A stretch of DNA of 63,922 nucleotides, filler included, from an uncultured bacterium (GTDB taxonomy: Bacteria; CAYUVA01): the NCBI GenBank assembly GCA_964448115.1. It is 4 parts of 4 records of this genome, joined end to end, with 100 filler letters (N's around TTAATTAATTAA, not from the genome) between each part and the next. Parts side by side here need not be neighbours in the genome. Positions count along the whole stretch, not along the records: positions 22,601 to 45,081 come from CAYUVA010000059.1; 3 more parts are not named here. The stretch is one strand, 5' to 3'. Position 1 is the first letter of the stretch. Every line of letters starts with the position of its first letter. This document shows positions 29,405 to 38,408 of this stretch, piece by piece. The translations under genes and the position numbers were made by a program. The notes below the pieces were generated by a model. The model searched no databases. It was not told where the DNA came from and saw only the letters and a list, made by a program, of their open reading frames with translations.

Positions 29405-30613
29405 TTGCCACATAAAAACGACAATAAGCTTATACTTATGCTCGCCCCTGAGCCTTACTTCGAGCCGAGGGGGACTCCGTTCTCCATATACTATCGTTGC
29501 AAGGCACTGACCGAGCTTGGTTACCAGGTGGATCTGTTGACTTACCCGATTGGCGAGGATCGAACCATGCCCGGTCTGCGCATAATCCGCACACCCAGGA
29601 TCCCTGGAATAAACAACATCGATATCGGATTATCAATAAAGAAGCTGATCCTCGATTCGGTTATGCTCGTAAGGCTTATTCCTTTGCTATTAACATATAG
29701 ATATCTATGCGTTCACACCCACGAGGAATTCTGCTTTGTTGGAGCCGTGCTGCAAAGGCTGCTTTGCATCCCTCACATCTATGACATGCACTCCAGCCTC
29801 CCCCAGCATCTATCCGAGAACTACCAGGTTACCTCAAGCCGTTTGATCGTATCGTTCGCTAAGTGGCTGGAGAGATTGGCAGTCAGATCGAGCAGGGGCG
29901 TTATAACTATCTGCCATGACCTGAAGGATCTTGCCGAGTCGATAGTTAAAACAAGCAGAAAACCTGCGGTTGTCGAGATGATCGAGAATGTCGCCACAAT
30001 GGATGCTGCCGTGTGTCCCGATGCTGAGCCGAAGAGACGCTTTTTCGCAAGCCTCGGCTTACCCGATAACAAGGCGATTATAACCTATACCGGCAATCTG
30101 GAGGCTAACCAGGGCATCGAGCTGCTCATTGATGCAATAAACATATTGAAAAATAAAAGGGATGACTTCAGGTGCTTGATTGTTGGAGGTAAACCAAGAC
30201 AGGTCGATAAATTCAAGGCTTATGCAAAGGAAGGCTCCATCCAGGATTTGGTTAGATTTACAGGACAAAAGCCCATCGAGGAGATCCCGATGTTTCTAGC
30301 TTGTTCTGATATATTAGTATCGCCACGCTGTGCTGGCACCAATGTTCCCCTGAAGATCTATACATACATGCAGTCGGGTAAGGCTATATTGGCTACCGAT
30401 ATCTACTCCCATACCCAGGTGCTAAACGACCAGAATGCCCTGCTGGTAAAGCCAACAGCTCATGACTTAGCTAGGGGAATGGAGATGCTTTTGGATGATC
30501 TAAAACTTCGAGAGAAGCTCGCCAGGCAAGCTATGCATGATGCACAAGAAAAGTACTCTTATACAGCATACAAGGCTCGCCTTGCCACTTTCTATGAGTC
30601 AATCCTTGGCTAA
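29405..30613 (+). CDS. GT4 family glycosyltransferase
   Basis: YTGNLEANQG, DILVSPR..GTNVPLKIYTYMQSGKAILAT. Confidence 0.88.
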   Translation: MPHKNDNKLILMLAPEPYFEPRGTPFSIYYRCKALTELGYQVDLLTYPIGEDRTMPGLRIIRTPRIPGINNIDIGLSIKKLILDSVMLVRLIPLLLTYRYLCVHTHEEFCFVGAVLQRLLCIPHIYDMHSSLPQHLSENYQVTSSRLIVSFAKWLERLAVRSSRGVITICHDLKDLAESIVKTSRKPAVVEMIENVATMDAAVCPDAEPKRRFFASLGLPDNKAIITYTGNLEANQGIELLIDAINILKNKRDDFRCLIVGGKPRQVDKFKAYAKEGSIQDLVRFTGQKPIEEIPMFLACSDILVSPRCAGTNVPLKIYTYMQSGKAILATDIYSHTQVLNDQNALLVKPTAHDLARGMEMLLDDLKLREKLARQAMHDAQEKYSYTAYKARLATFYESILG

Positions 30614-30695
30614 AGACTATTTTTATGTCTCAATAGGTTACAAATTCCAGTTGTCAAACTCAGAAGCTATTTGCCGGCTAGACGCCTGAAGACTT

Positions 30696-33128
30696 TCAAT
30701 ATATCGCCAGATATGGCCAGGGGATGCTGCTATGTTCATCGTAATCGACCGCTATTAGGCTGAAGAGATGATAATCCGGCTCAAGCCCTGGCTCTACCTT
30801 GAGCTTAATGCTCCAGATGCCGTCATTAGGGTACTCATCGCCAAAGCCACCGCCATCGGACAGGTATATGCCAGTAGGTAAGCCAAGGTAGTATAGTTGC
30901 ACCTGGCGGATATTTCCGGCGCCCTGGGGATCGCGGACATGAGCCTTGATGAACAGGTCCCCGCCAGTCTTGGAGTTTATCAGGGATGTGCTGAAACCTG
31001 CCTGGGTAATCACGGGTGCATCTGGATGGGGGGCATCAACCTGGGGCAGCTCATCGACTGCCTCCGGAAAGGTAGATTGCGGAGGATCTGCCAGGTACAG
31101 GTAGCTGATATCAGGATAGATTCTAAGGTATGGCCAGGGATCGCTACTGGCTCCGCTGTTATCCACTGCCACAAGCTGAAGCAGATGAGTGCCTTTTTCT
31201 ATCGGTTCTTTTATGCGGATCTCCAATGTGAAGATACCGTCATCCTCGGTTGCATCGCCGTTTGTTCCATCATCCCTCAGGTACAATCCGGTCTTTTGTC
31301 CCTGGTAGTAAAGCATTACCTGGTTGATATCTGCATAGCCATCGTAATCCCAGGCTCTCGCTACCATGCGAAACAAGCCACCATTCTGGTCGAGATAGGT
31401 ATCATCATACCCGGCTGAGAGGATCATCGGTGGCGCATTACTCCTCTGGGTCCGTATCAGCACCGCTGGCTTAAGTGTCCATAATTGGAGCACGCTGTCG
31501 AAAAGCGGATAGGGTTCACTCGGCTCAAAGAGAGCATAGAGTATCGGCTGCCCCACCGGGCACGCATAAATAGGCATACAGGCAACCGAATGCGATATGC
31601 CAAGAAAGTATATGTACATGTACTGTTGAGCCATTAAGTATAGAAACTCGGCTGGATTAAGGGTCGCGGTCGCACATTCGATGACTCCAGGCACGATGGT
31701 CAGGTTTTCGTTAAAGATATCTCTGACAGTTGATAATAGCGCGCTTCCAGAAAAGGTCTCACAATGAGAAGATGGCAGACCCGGGTAGCCGGTCTCAATC
31801 GGTCCCAGCAGCGGTTTACAAAGCACTTCCGCTGGCAGATGATTGTACTGTGTGTAATATCTAAGCGACTCGCCGAGCAGCCAGAATGCCTCCGCTAAGG
31901 AAAAATATCGTTGCTTTCCGATGTCGACATAGGAGGGTGGGCGATAGGTGCCATAGCCATAAGCTGGATTCATATAGGATGCCTGCAAGCTGAGATAAGC
32001 AGCAATGCGAACAACCTGATCCTGTGATATCACCTGGTTGCGCGTATCCTTTACGATGGTATAAAGATCCTTAGCGGTTACGAGGCGACAGTTGCGGTTG
32101 CCTGCCAGAAAGTTGTTTATCAAATCCACCAGGCTTGACCGATATCCCTCGATGTATTGCAGCATATCCCGTTTTGTTTTCACAAAAGGATGTTCAAGAT
32201 GCGTATAGTTGATATCCGGCGGTCTGCATCCCCACTGATGATTGTTATAAGACCAATCCCAGGGGTCGATATTAAGATATATGTTGTGGTCTATGACCCG
32301 GTGATTGACCAGGTGGCCGACATCCCGATCCAGAGCTTCAATTACTCCTATGCAGGAATGCTTTGCATCCGGGTAAAAATGAAGCAGATCCATGTACCAA
32401 AAAAGCCCCGATGAGCCGGTGAGCATGGCAAAGAAACTGAATATATCCTCCTTGGCATACCTGGCAAAGTAACCCTGGTTATGTCCGAATTCCACGGCAT
32501 CTGGATCGACCGTGGGCAGGGATCTTATTCCCAGCCCGGCAAAGGCAGCCTCTATGGAGCAGGATCTGACCGAGGTTATCTCTTTCCCGAAAAGATCTCC
32601 CAATAGGACAGCCCCGCCATACCGCGAGTAGTCTGAATGTCCGCTTAAGGGGTCAATATGGTGGCTGTAGCGCTCCTGCACTCTTTGATATGCTTGATCA
32701 TACTGGAGTCCCAGGGTAACCGTGCCGCACTCTTTTGCAGATGTACTGTAATAATCGGCGATGACCGGGTATGGTCCATGGCTTGCTTCGCCGAGGTAGC
32801 CAAGCCTTATGTTATCAGTATAGTTTAGATCCCACCTTCCCCATCCCTCGATGATGCTGTTCTGCAGCGCTTCTGCCCAAAGCCCGTCTGAGAAGAACTG
32901 CCCTTTAATACCTGTTTGATCCCATATCTCAAGCACTGCCTGTGAGGCTGCCAGGCTGTAGTCGAACATCAGGTGATGATTGAACTCACCGCTGATCCAA
33001 ATATATACCGGTTGGCTACCTGGGGCGGCTAAGCCGCTGGAGATGATAAGAAATGTTGCTAGACAAACCGATGCACTCCATAATCCAATTGGCGCAAGAA
33101 GGGATCGCCTACCGGGTCCTTTACCCAT
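30696..33128 (-). CDS. Secreted protein of unknown function with two tandem copies of the conserved C-terminal domain
   Basis: Signal peptide; PPMILSAGY...LRDDGTNGDATEDDGIF...WPYLRIY and PVITQAGF...LSDGGGFGDEYPNDGIW...WPYLAIY. Confidence 0.75.
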   Translation of the reverse strand: MGKGPGRRSLLAPIGLWSASVCLATFLIISSGLAAPGSQPVYIWISGEFNHHLMFDYSLAASQAVLEIWDQTGIKGQFFSDGLWAEALQNSIIEGWGRWDLNYTDNIRLGYLGEASHGPYPVIADYYSTSAKECGTVTLGLQYDQAYQRVQERYSHHIDPLSGHSDYSRYGGAVLLGDLFGKEITSVRSCSIEAAFAGLGIRSLPTVDPDAVEFGHNQGYFARYAKEDIFSFFAMLTGSSGLFWYMDLLHFYPDAKHSCIGVIEALDRDVGHLVNHRVIDHNIYLNIDPWDWSYNNHQWGCRPPDINYTHLEHPFVKTKRDMLQYIEGYRSSLVDLINNFLAGNRNCRLVTAKDLYTIVKDTRNQVISQDQVVRIAAYLSLQASYMNPAYGYGTYRPPSYVDIGKQRYFSLAEAFWLLGESLRYYTQYNHLPAEVLCKPLLGPIETGYPGLPSSHCETFSGSALLSTVRDIFNENLTIVPGVIECATATLNPAEFLYLMAQQYMYIYFLGISHSVACMPIYACPVGQPILYALFEPSEPYPLFDSVLQLWTLKPAVLIRTQRSNAPPMILSAGYDDTYLDQNGGLFRMVARAWDYDGYADINQVMLYYQGQKTGLYLRDDGTNGDATEDDGIFTLEIRIKEPIEKGTHLLQLVAVDNSGASSDPWPYLRIYPDISYLYLADPPQSTFPEAVDELPQVDAPHPDAPVITQAGFSTSLINSKTGGDLFIKAHVRDPQGAGNIRQVQLYYLGLPTGIYLSDGGGFGDEYPNDGIWSIKLKVEPGLEPDYHLFSLIAVDYDEHSSIPWPYLAIY

Positions 33129-33134
33129 AGCGCT

Positions 33135-36100
33135 CTAAGGCTCGATGATTAAGGCAGGCCAGGTGCCCTCGTTGTAGTTCTTGTCCATGGCAACGATGTC
33201 GATGAGGTAAAGCCCCGCACCTATCGGGCCTGAAAGATTTAAGGTCAAGCCAAAAGCTCCATCATAGGCATCTCCGTCAGCATGACTCCCATCATCGTGC
33301 ATGTACAGCCCAAGATCGACCCCCCCGGCATATAAGCTGACCTTGTAGATGTTATTGTAGCCCTGGGGATCGGAAACATAAGCAACAATGCTCAGATCCC
33401 CGCCACTTTCGGCATCGATGTAGGTATCAAACCATCCTGCCCACCATATCTGCGGGCTTTGGGAGTCCTTGCTGCCTTTTTTAGTCGGCGCTGTTGCCTT
33501 GCGCATCAAGGTTTCAAGGCTCATCTGCGCCTGCTCATGCAAGAGCAGTAGCTCCTTTGCCAACATCTCTCGCTCAATGGGCGCCCCGGTGGAGTAAGTT
33601 TCAGAAGCTATGACATTAAGATAGGGGAATACAAAGCTCTGGTTACCCTCGGTATCGGTGGCTACATACTCCAAGAGATATGTTCCCGCTGGGATGCCGG
33701 AGTCAGGTGGTATGGGTAAATCAGGGAATCCGTAGAGCGCGCCATTGGGATCGCCATAGAGGGGATCGATAACCTGTAGGGTCGCGCCGGTGGGCGAAAG
33801 GTTCATCAGGATCTCCACCCGGCTAATGGTCTCGGCTCCCTGGGGATCGCTCACATAAAGCCAGGGACCAAAGACTCCGCCTTGTGCTGCGCTAATCTGT
33901 TTGCCCATGTAGCCACCTGCCCAGATCACCGGCTTCACCGGCTGCGGGGTAACCTTTTCCCATGAGCTGGAGGTGCTAATATTGCCGACATCGTCGAATG
34001 CCTTTACGAAGAAGGTATATTCCTTATAGTTCTCCAATCCTGTTTTTGTATAGCTTGTTGTGTTGCGATCCAGCTCTACCCACCAGTTGAAGTCGCTCTC
34101 GCTCTGTGGGTTCTGTATCCCGGTGCCATACAATTTATACCCGGCGAGATCCGGCTCGCTGTTTGCCTTCCACGAGAGAATAGCCTTTCTATCTCCTGGG
34201 TCGGCTTTGAAGTTTGCCGGATATCTGGGCGCGGTTACATCGATAGGTGTGAATGTCCACGAGTAATCGTCTTCGGGGGAGCCACCGACCCTGCCATCGC
34301 CATTGCCGTCAAGCCCGTTGCCAGCCTGGTCCAGCACCCCGGAGTCTCCGCCAGTTATAGTAACCCGCACCTGGATATTCTTTTCCATGCGCGTCTCCGG
34401 GATGAAGTAGATGCGAATCCGATCCTGTGATAAAAAGTAAGCGCCGTTTATGGTTCTAGTCTCCCCTTGAATGACGCTCAGCGTATTTGCATTCAAGGTC
34501 GCCTCGTCCATTGGCTCGCTGAAGGTTGCCTGGATGGACTTGTCAACATCTATCTTGAAGGTTCCATTATTGGATGGAAATATGCTGGAGACGACCGGGG
34601 GCGTGAAATCACGGGATGAAAGCCAGACATCGATTCCCTCAGCTCCGCTGACTCCATGCGCAGCAGCGATATCCGGCAAGCCATCATGGGTGAAATCGGT
34701 GGTGAATACGGAATGGTAATCACCAGTGCCAACCGGCGAGATCAAGCCGCCCCAGTTGGTTAAGCCTTCTGCGGTTAGCGTTCCCTTGAAGACCTTAACA
34801 CCGCCTCCGTTATCAGCCACCACCATATCTGGCACTCCATCGTTGTTGAAATCGGCAATATCCACGCCGCGACTCTGTCCGGATGCGATATATTGTCCGG
34901 GCATCTCGCAGCCACCATCCTGGTGGGCATAGCTAGTGCCGGTCATATACATGGTGTAAATAAAGTGCCCGTTTTCACCGCAGGCAATATCCGGTTTGCC
35001 ATCAAGATTGAAGTCGGCTGCCTTTACTCCATAGATATTATTATACCCTTCAGAGCCGAATATATAATTGATATACCGTCCGGGAGCCTGGCTGACATTA
35101 TAATTCAGATGTTGTGCATCTCCAGTAACCTGTCCCCACCAGATATGCAAGCCGGTGCCGGTATGTCCTCCTACTATCAGGTCCAAAGCGCCATCAAGGT
35201 TTATATCAACCGCGTCAAGACCCCATGAGGGTATAGCCTCTATGGAGCTAGGACCGATGTTATCACCCCAGGTACCGCTACCCTCGTTCAACCACAGGTG
35301 CACACCCAAGACTTCCTCGCTAGCAGCTATATCGATCAAGCCATCCCTGTTGAAATCCCTGGCGATGACAGTCCTGAAGGAGCCTTCGTTTATCGGGTTC
35401 TGCCAGTTCGTATAGCTGCCGTCGGTGTTGTTTTTGAATACATGAACCCCGCTATTTTTATGTCCAGCAATGATATCTTCCCAGCCATCGTTATTTATAT
35501 CAGCAGCGACTACTGAATAGTATTCCTGGTAGCTGCTTGCTGAATAGTAATTCTGCCAATCTCCGCTTCCGTTTCCAGTCCATATCTGTATCCCGGGAGC
35601 ATTGGACTTGAACTGGGCACCGATGACATCCTTATCCCCATCATGGTTCTGATCCGAAGCGGTAACCCCGAAGTAGTCTCCCGTGCCCACCGGCTTTGAT
35701 ATCCAAGATGTAAATGGATACCTGTCGTTGCCGTCTCCAACCCAGACCTGTATTCCGCCACCGTTCTTGGCTCCTACAACATCAGGATTTCCGTCCCGGT
35801 TAAGATCAATATTTGCGCTGACGCCCAGGTAGTTTCCCTCGGCTACCGGGCTTGTTTCCTCCACCCAGCCGAAGACCCCGTTACCGGTCCAGACCCTTAT
35901 GCCGATATTCTGGGAGGCAGCAAACAGATCCGGCTTGCCATCATTGTTGATATCAGAGACCATTATATCCTGGAAGATCTCGGCAGATAGTGGACCTTTT
36001 GCAGTGGTGAAGTTGAAATGATCTCCTGGCTGGAAGGGATCATCCTGCTCCCCGCGGGCGATGATGAAGCCGACCTCGTTGCCATCTGAGTGATAGTACT

Positions 36101-38216
36101 CGTTCACCTTGACCAGGTTACCCTGTTTTCCGCTCACCGTCCCCACCGCCTCGAAGATCGCATAGGTGCTAGAGGTTCCGCCTTGAATGCAGGTAACCTC
36201 CCAGTCCTCAACCTTAGTATTTTGATTGTTCACCTCCACGGTTGACATGCTGCCATGTCCCTGGTTTCCGCTATAGGCTTGGGGCACCGAGGCACTTGCT
36301 ATCTGGTACCACTGAATGTCATCCTTTTCCTCGCTAAGTTGTCCATACCAGATGTAGATGCCTCCAGTGGTCTTTGTTACTGCGATATCAAGCACCCCAT
36401 CCAGGTTGAAGTCATCAATGGCAAGCCCGGTAAAGGTCCCGCTGTCGGTGGGACCCATATCGCCGTACCATCCGAAAACGCCGTTGCCTAGAAAGACTTG
36501 TACCCCCTTGTTTTGACCGCAGGCAACCAGGTCGAGACGCCCATCGAAGTTGAGGTCTTTAAGCATAATATTCAGATATTTTCCAGAGCTTGCCGAGGAA
36601 GGCGGAGTCTGAGATTGTACCTGGATTACATCACCCTGGGGACCTCTGTTCTTTAGGATGGATAAACCGCCGGAGTCCTTTGCACTGACTATATCTATCC
36701 ATCCGTCCTTATTGATGTCGCCCACATCGATGCGATTATGCCATCCGGAGGCTATCTTCAATTCAGGAGAGAAGTTGTAATGCTTTGTGGAGAAGATGAA
36801 TTTGCTTCCCTTGCAGTAATACTGGAATTGAGGCTCCCTTTTTTGTTCATCCATTCCAAGGAAGTTATCCTCGGCGAGCTGGTTATCCTGGCTCGAATAG
36901 GGATCGACCCGGAAGGTAAATTCTCCTCGATTCGAGATGTATTCGACAGATTTTATCCCCCCGCCAACGGGATCATAGCAGTTTACGCTACGGATATGGG
37001 TGCCAGATTCTTGACCGCTTGGACTCCAATACCAGTCAGCATCTCCAGCTTTCACAAGCTCCACGAAGACCGGTTCATGCTTAGAGGTCGTCCAATGTAT
37101 ATCAGGATATCCAGTGATGCCCATGGTCATTACCGGATATTCGCCCCGGAAACAATCGCCAGGGATGAAAGCCTTATTACTTGCATAAAAGGTAGGTGTT
37201 GTGTAATCGCCCTCTACTCGACACCAGACCCGAAGCCCATATTTACCGGCGCCTATTATATCCAGCGAGCCATCCTTGTTCAGATCAGCAACCTTCACAT
37301 CATAATAGATATCCGTTGTTTGGGGCCCCTCTGGGGTATGGAATTTATAAGAATCGCCGACTTGTACTGCTGCATTTTTATACACCGGGATGAATGATAG
37401 TATATTTGTCCATTCACCCTTCTTGCCATAAAAAGCTTCCCACATCCTAGGACCCATGCCTGTTGTCGCATTCACCAAAGTACCGCTTTTACTGCCAGTA
37501 CAGGTAAATCGTGCCAACTGGATCCTAAAGACTATGTAATCCCCTTGATTGTATGAATTTGCAGCCGAGGAGAGCTTGAAATAGAATTTGCCATTGGCAG
37601 CATCATAGTATGCTCCCGCTCCGGTATAATCATCCATTCTACCGCCAACATTAGACTCCACTATCCATGTATTGCTGGAGGATTTGGTGAGCTTGATTAT
37701 CTCGTCTTGGCTAGTACAGTTCTTTTCAAAAGCGCCGTAATCCTGCATTACGCCAGTGATGTCATGTGGTGCGCCATCGGCATAGAAATATCCGATGTCA
37801 GTGATTTGAGTGGGTGAGACGCAGGTAACCGTCCATTCCTCTATCTCGTAGTTATAGCCGCTTCTCGGATAGGTCAATTCTCCACGATAGGTGCCAAAGA
37901 TGTTATAAGGCTTGGAGGCGCTGTCTCCAGTCGTTGCGCCAGGTTGGGTGATGCTCCATACCCATTTGCCACCGCTGTAATAGACCTCACCGAACCAGAT
38001 AGGCAAACCGCTATAGGCGGAAGCCTCCGCATCCGGGTTACCATTGGCAGCTATGAGATCAGGGATGCCATCCTTATTGAGATCAGCAACGCAAACCCTA
38101 TTAAACACTCCTACAGCAACAGGGGAGATCTGGCTCGTCCAGTTGATCTCACCCCAAGCGTATAAGGAACAAAGCAATAGTATGGCTATCGTAACCTTGA
38201 TTGCATAAGGCTTCAT
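33135..38216 (-). CDS. Large secreted FG-GAP/VCBS repeat protein with Ig-like (SbsA/Big_5) and FN3 domains and two copies of the C-terminal domain
   Basis: Many DxNxDGxxD repeats; FSEPMD..TL...LDQAGNGLDG; LSWKANSEPDLAGYKLY; KPVIWAGGY...FPYLNV; SPQIWWAGW...WPALIIEP. Confidence 0.85.
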   Translation of the reverse strand: MKPYAIKVTIAILLLCSLYAWGEINWTSQISPVAVGVFNRVCVADLNKDGIPDLIAANGNPDAEASAYSGLPIWFGEVYYSGGKWVWSITQPGATTGDSASKPYNIFGTYRGELTYPRSGYNYEIEEWTVTCVSPTQITDIGYFYADGAPHDITGVMQDYGAFEKNCTSQDEIIKLTKSSSNTWIVESNVGGRMDDYTGAGAYYDAANGKFYFKLSSAANSYNQGDYIVFRIQLARFTCTGSKSGTLVNATTGMGPRMWEAFYGKKGEWTNILSFIPVYKNAAVQVGDSYKFHTPEGPQTTDIYYDVKVADLNKDGSLDIIGAGKYGLRVWCRVEGDYTTPTFYASNKAFIPGDCFRGEYPVMTMGITGYPDIHWTTSKHEPVFVELVKAGDADWYWSPSGQESGTHIRSVNCYDPVGGGIKSVEYISNRGEFTFRVDPYSSQDNQLAEDNFLGMDEQKREPQFQYYCKGSKFIFSTKHYNFSPELKIASGWHNRIDVGDINKDGWIDIVSAKDSGGLSILKNRGPQGDVIQVQSQTPPSSASSGKYLNIMLKDLNFDGRLDLVACGQNKGVQVFLGNGVFGWYGDMGPTDSGTFTGLAIDDFNLDGVLDIAVTKTTGGIYIWYGQLSEEKDDIQWYQIASASVPQAYSGNQGHGSMSTVEVNNQNTKVEDWEVTCIQGGTSSTYAIFEAVGTVSGKQGNLVKVNEYYHSDGNEVGFIIARGEQDDPFQPGDHFNFTTAKGPLSAEIFQDIMVSDINNDGKPDLFAASQNIGIRVWTGNGVFGWVEETSPVAEGNYLGVSANIDLNRDGNPDVVGAKNGGGIQVWVGDGNDRYPFTSWISKPVGTGDYFGVTASDQNHDGDKDVIGAQFKSNAPGIQIWTGNGSGDWQNYYSASSYQEYYSVVAADINNDGWEDIIAGHKNSGVHVFKNNTDGSYTNWQNPINEGSFRTVIARDFNRDGLIDIAASEEVLGVHLWLNEGSGTWGDNIGPSSIEAIPSWGLDAVDINLDGALDLIVGGHTGTGLHIWWGQVTGDAQHLNYNVSQAPGRYINYIFGSEGYNNIYGVKAADFNLDGKPDIACGENGHFIYTMYMTGTSYAHQDGGCEMPGQYIASGQSRGVDIADFNNDGVPDMVVADNGGGVKVFKGTLTAEGLTNWGGLISPVGTGDYHSVFTTDFTHDGLPDIAAAHGVSGAEGIDVWLSSRDFTPPVVSSIFPSNNGTFKIDVDKSIQATFSEPMDEATLNANTLSVIQGETRTINGAYFLSQDRIRIYFIPETRMEKNIQVRVTITGGDSGVLDQAGNGLDGNGDGRVGGSPEDDYSWTFTPIDVTAPRYPANFKADPGDRKAILSWKANSEPDLAGYKLYGTGIQNPQSESDFNWWVELDRNTTSYTKTGLENYKEYTFFVKAFDDVGNISTSSSWEKVTPQPVKPVIWAGGYMGKQISAAQGGVFGPWLYVSDPQGAETISRVEILMNLSPTGATLQVIDPLYGDPNGALYGFPDLPIPPDSGIPAGTYLLEYVATDTEGNQSFVFPYLNVIASETYSTGAPIEREMLAKELLLLHEQAQMSLETLMRKATAPTKKGSKDSQSPQIWWAGWFDTYIDAESGGDLSIVAYVSDPQGYNNIYKVSLYAGGVDLGLYMHDDGSHADGDAYDGAFGLTLNLSGPIGAGLYLIDIVAMDKNYNEGTWPALIIEP

Positions 38217-38408
38217 CTTACCCCCTCAACAGGTTATGTGGATTGTTTTTTTGTTCATAATAGCCTTAAATATGCCGAATTTAACTGGGGAATATTATAT
38301 TAGGCTTGCATTATGGTGTCAATTCATTCAAGGACTGATGGTGTTTACTTGATTTTATCAATGGACCGGCTGTGATATCTTTGAAGAAAAGGTGATCTCG
38401 ATAATTTT

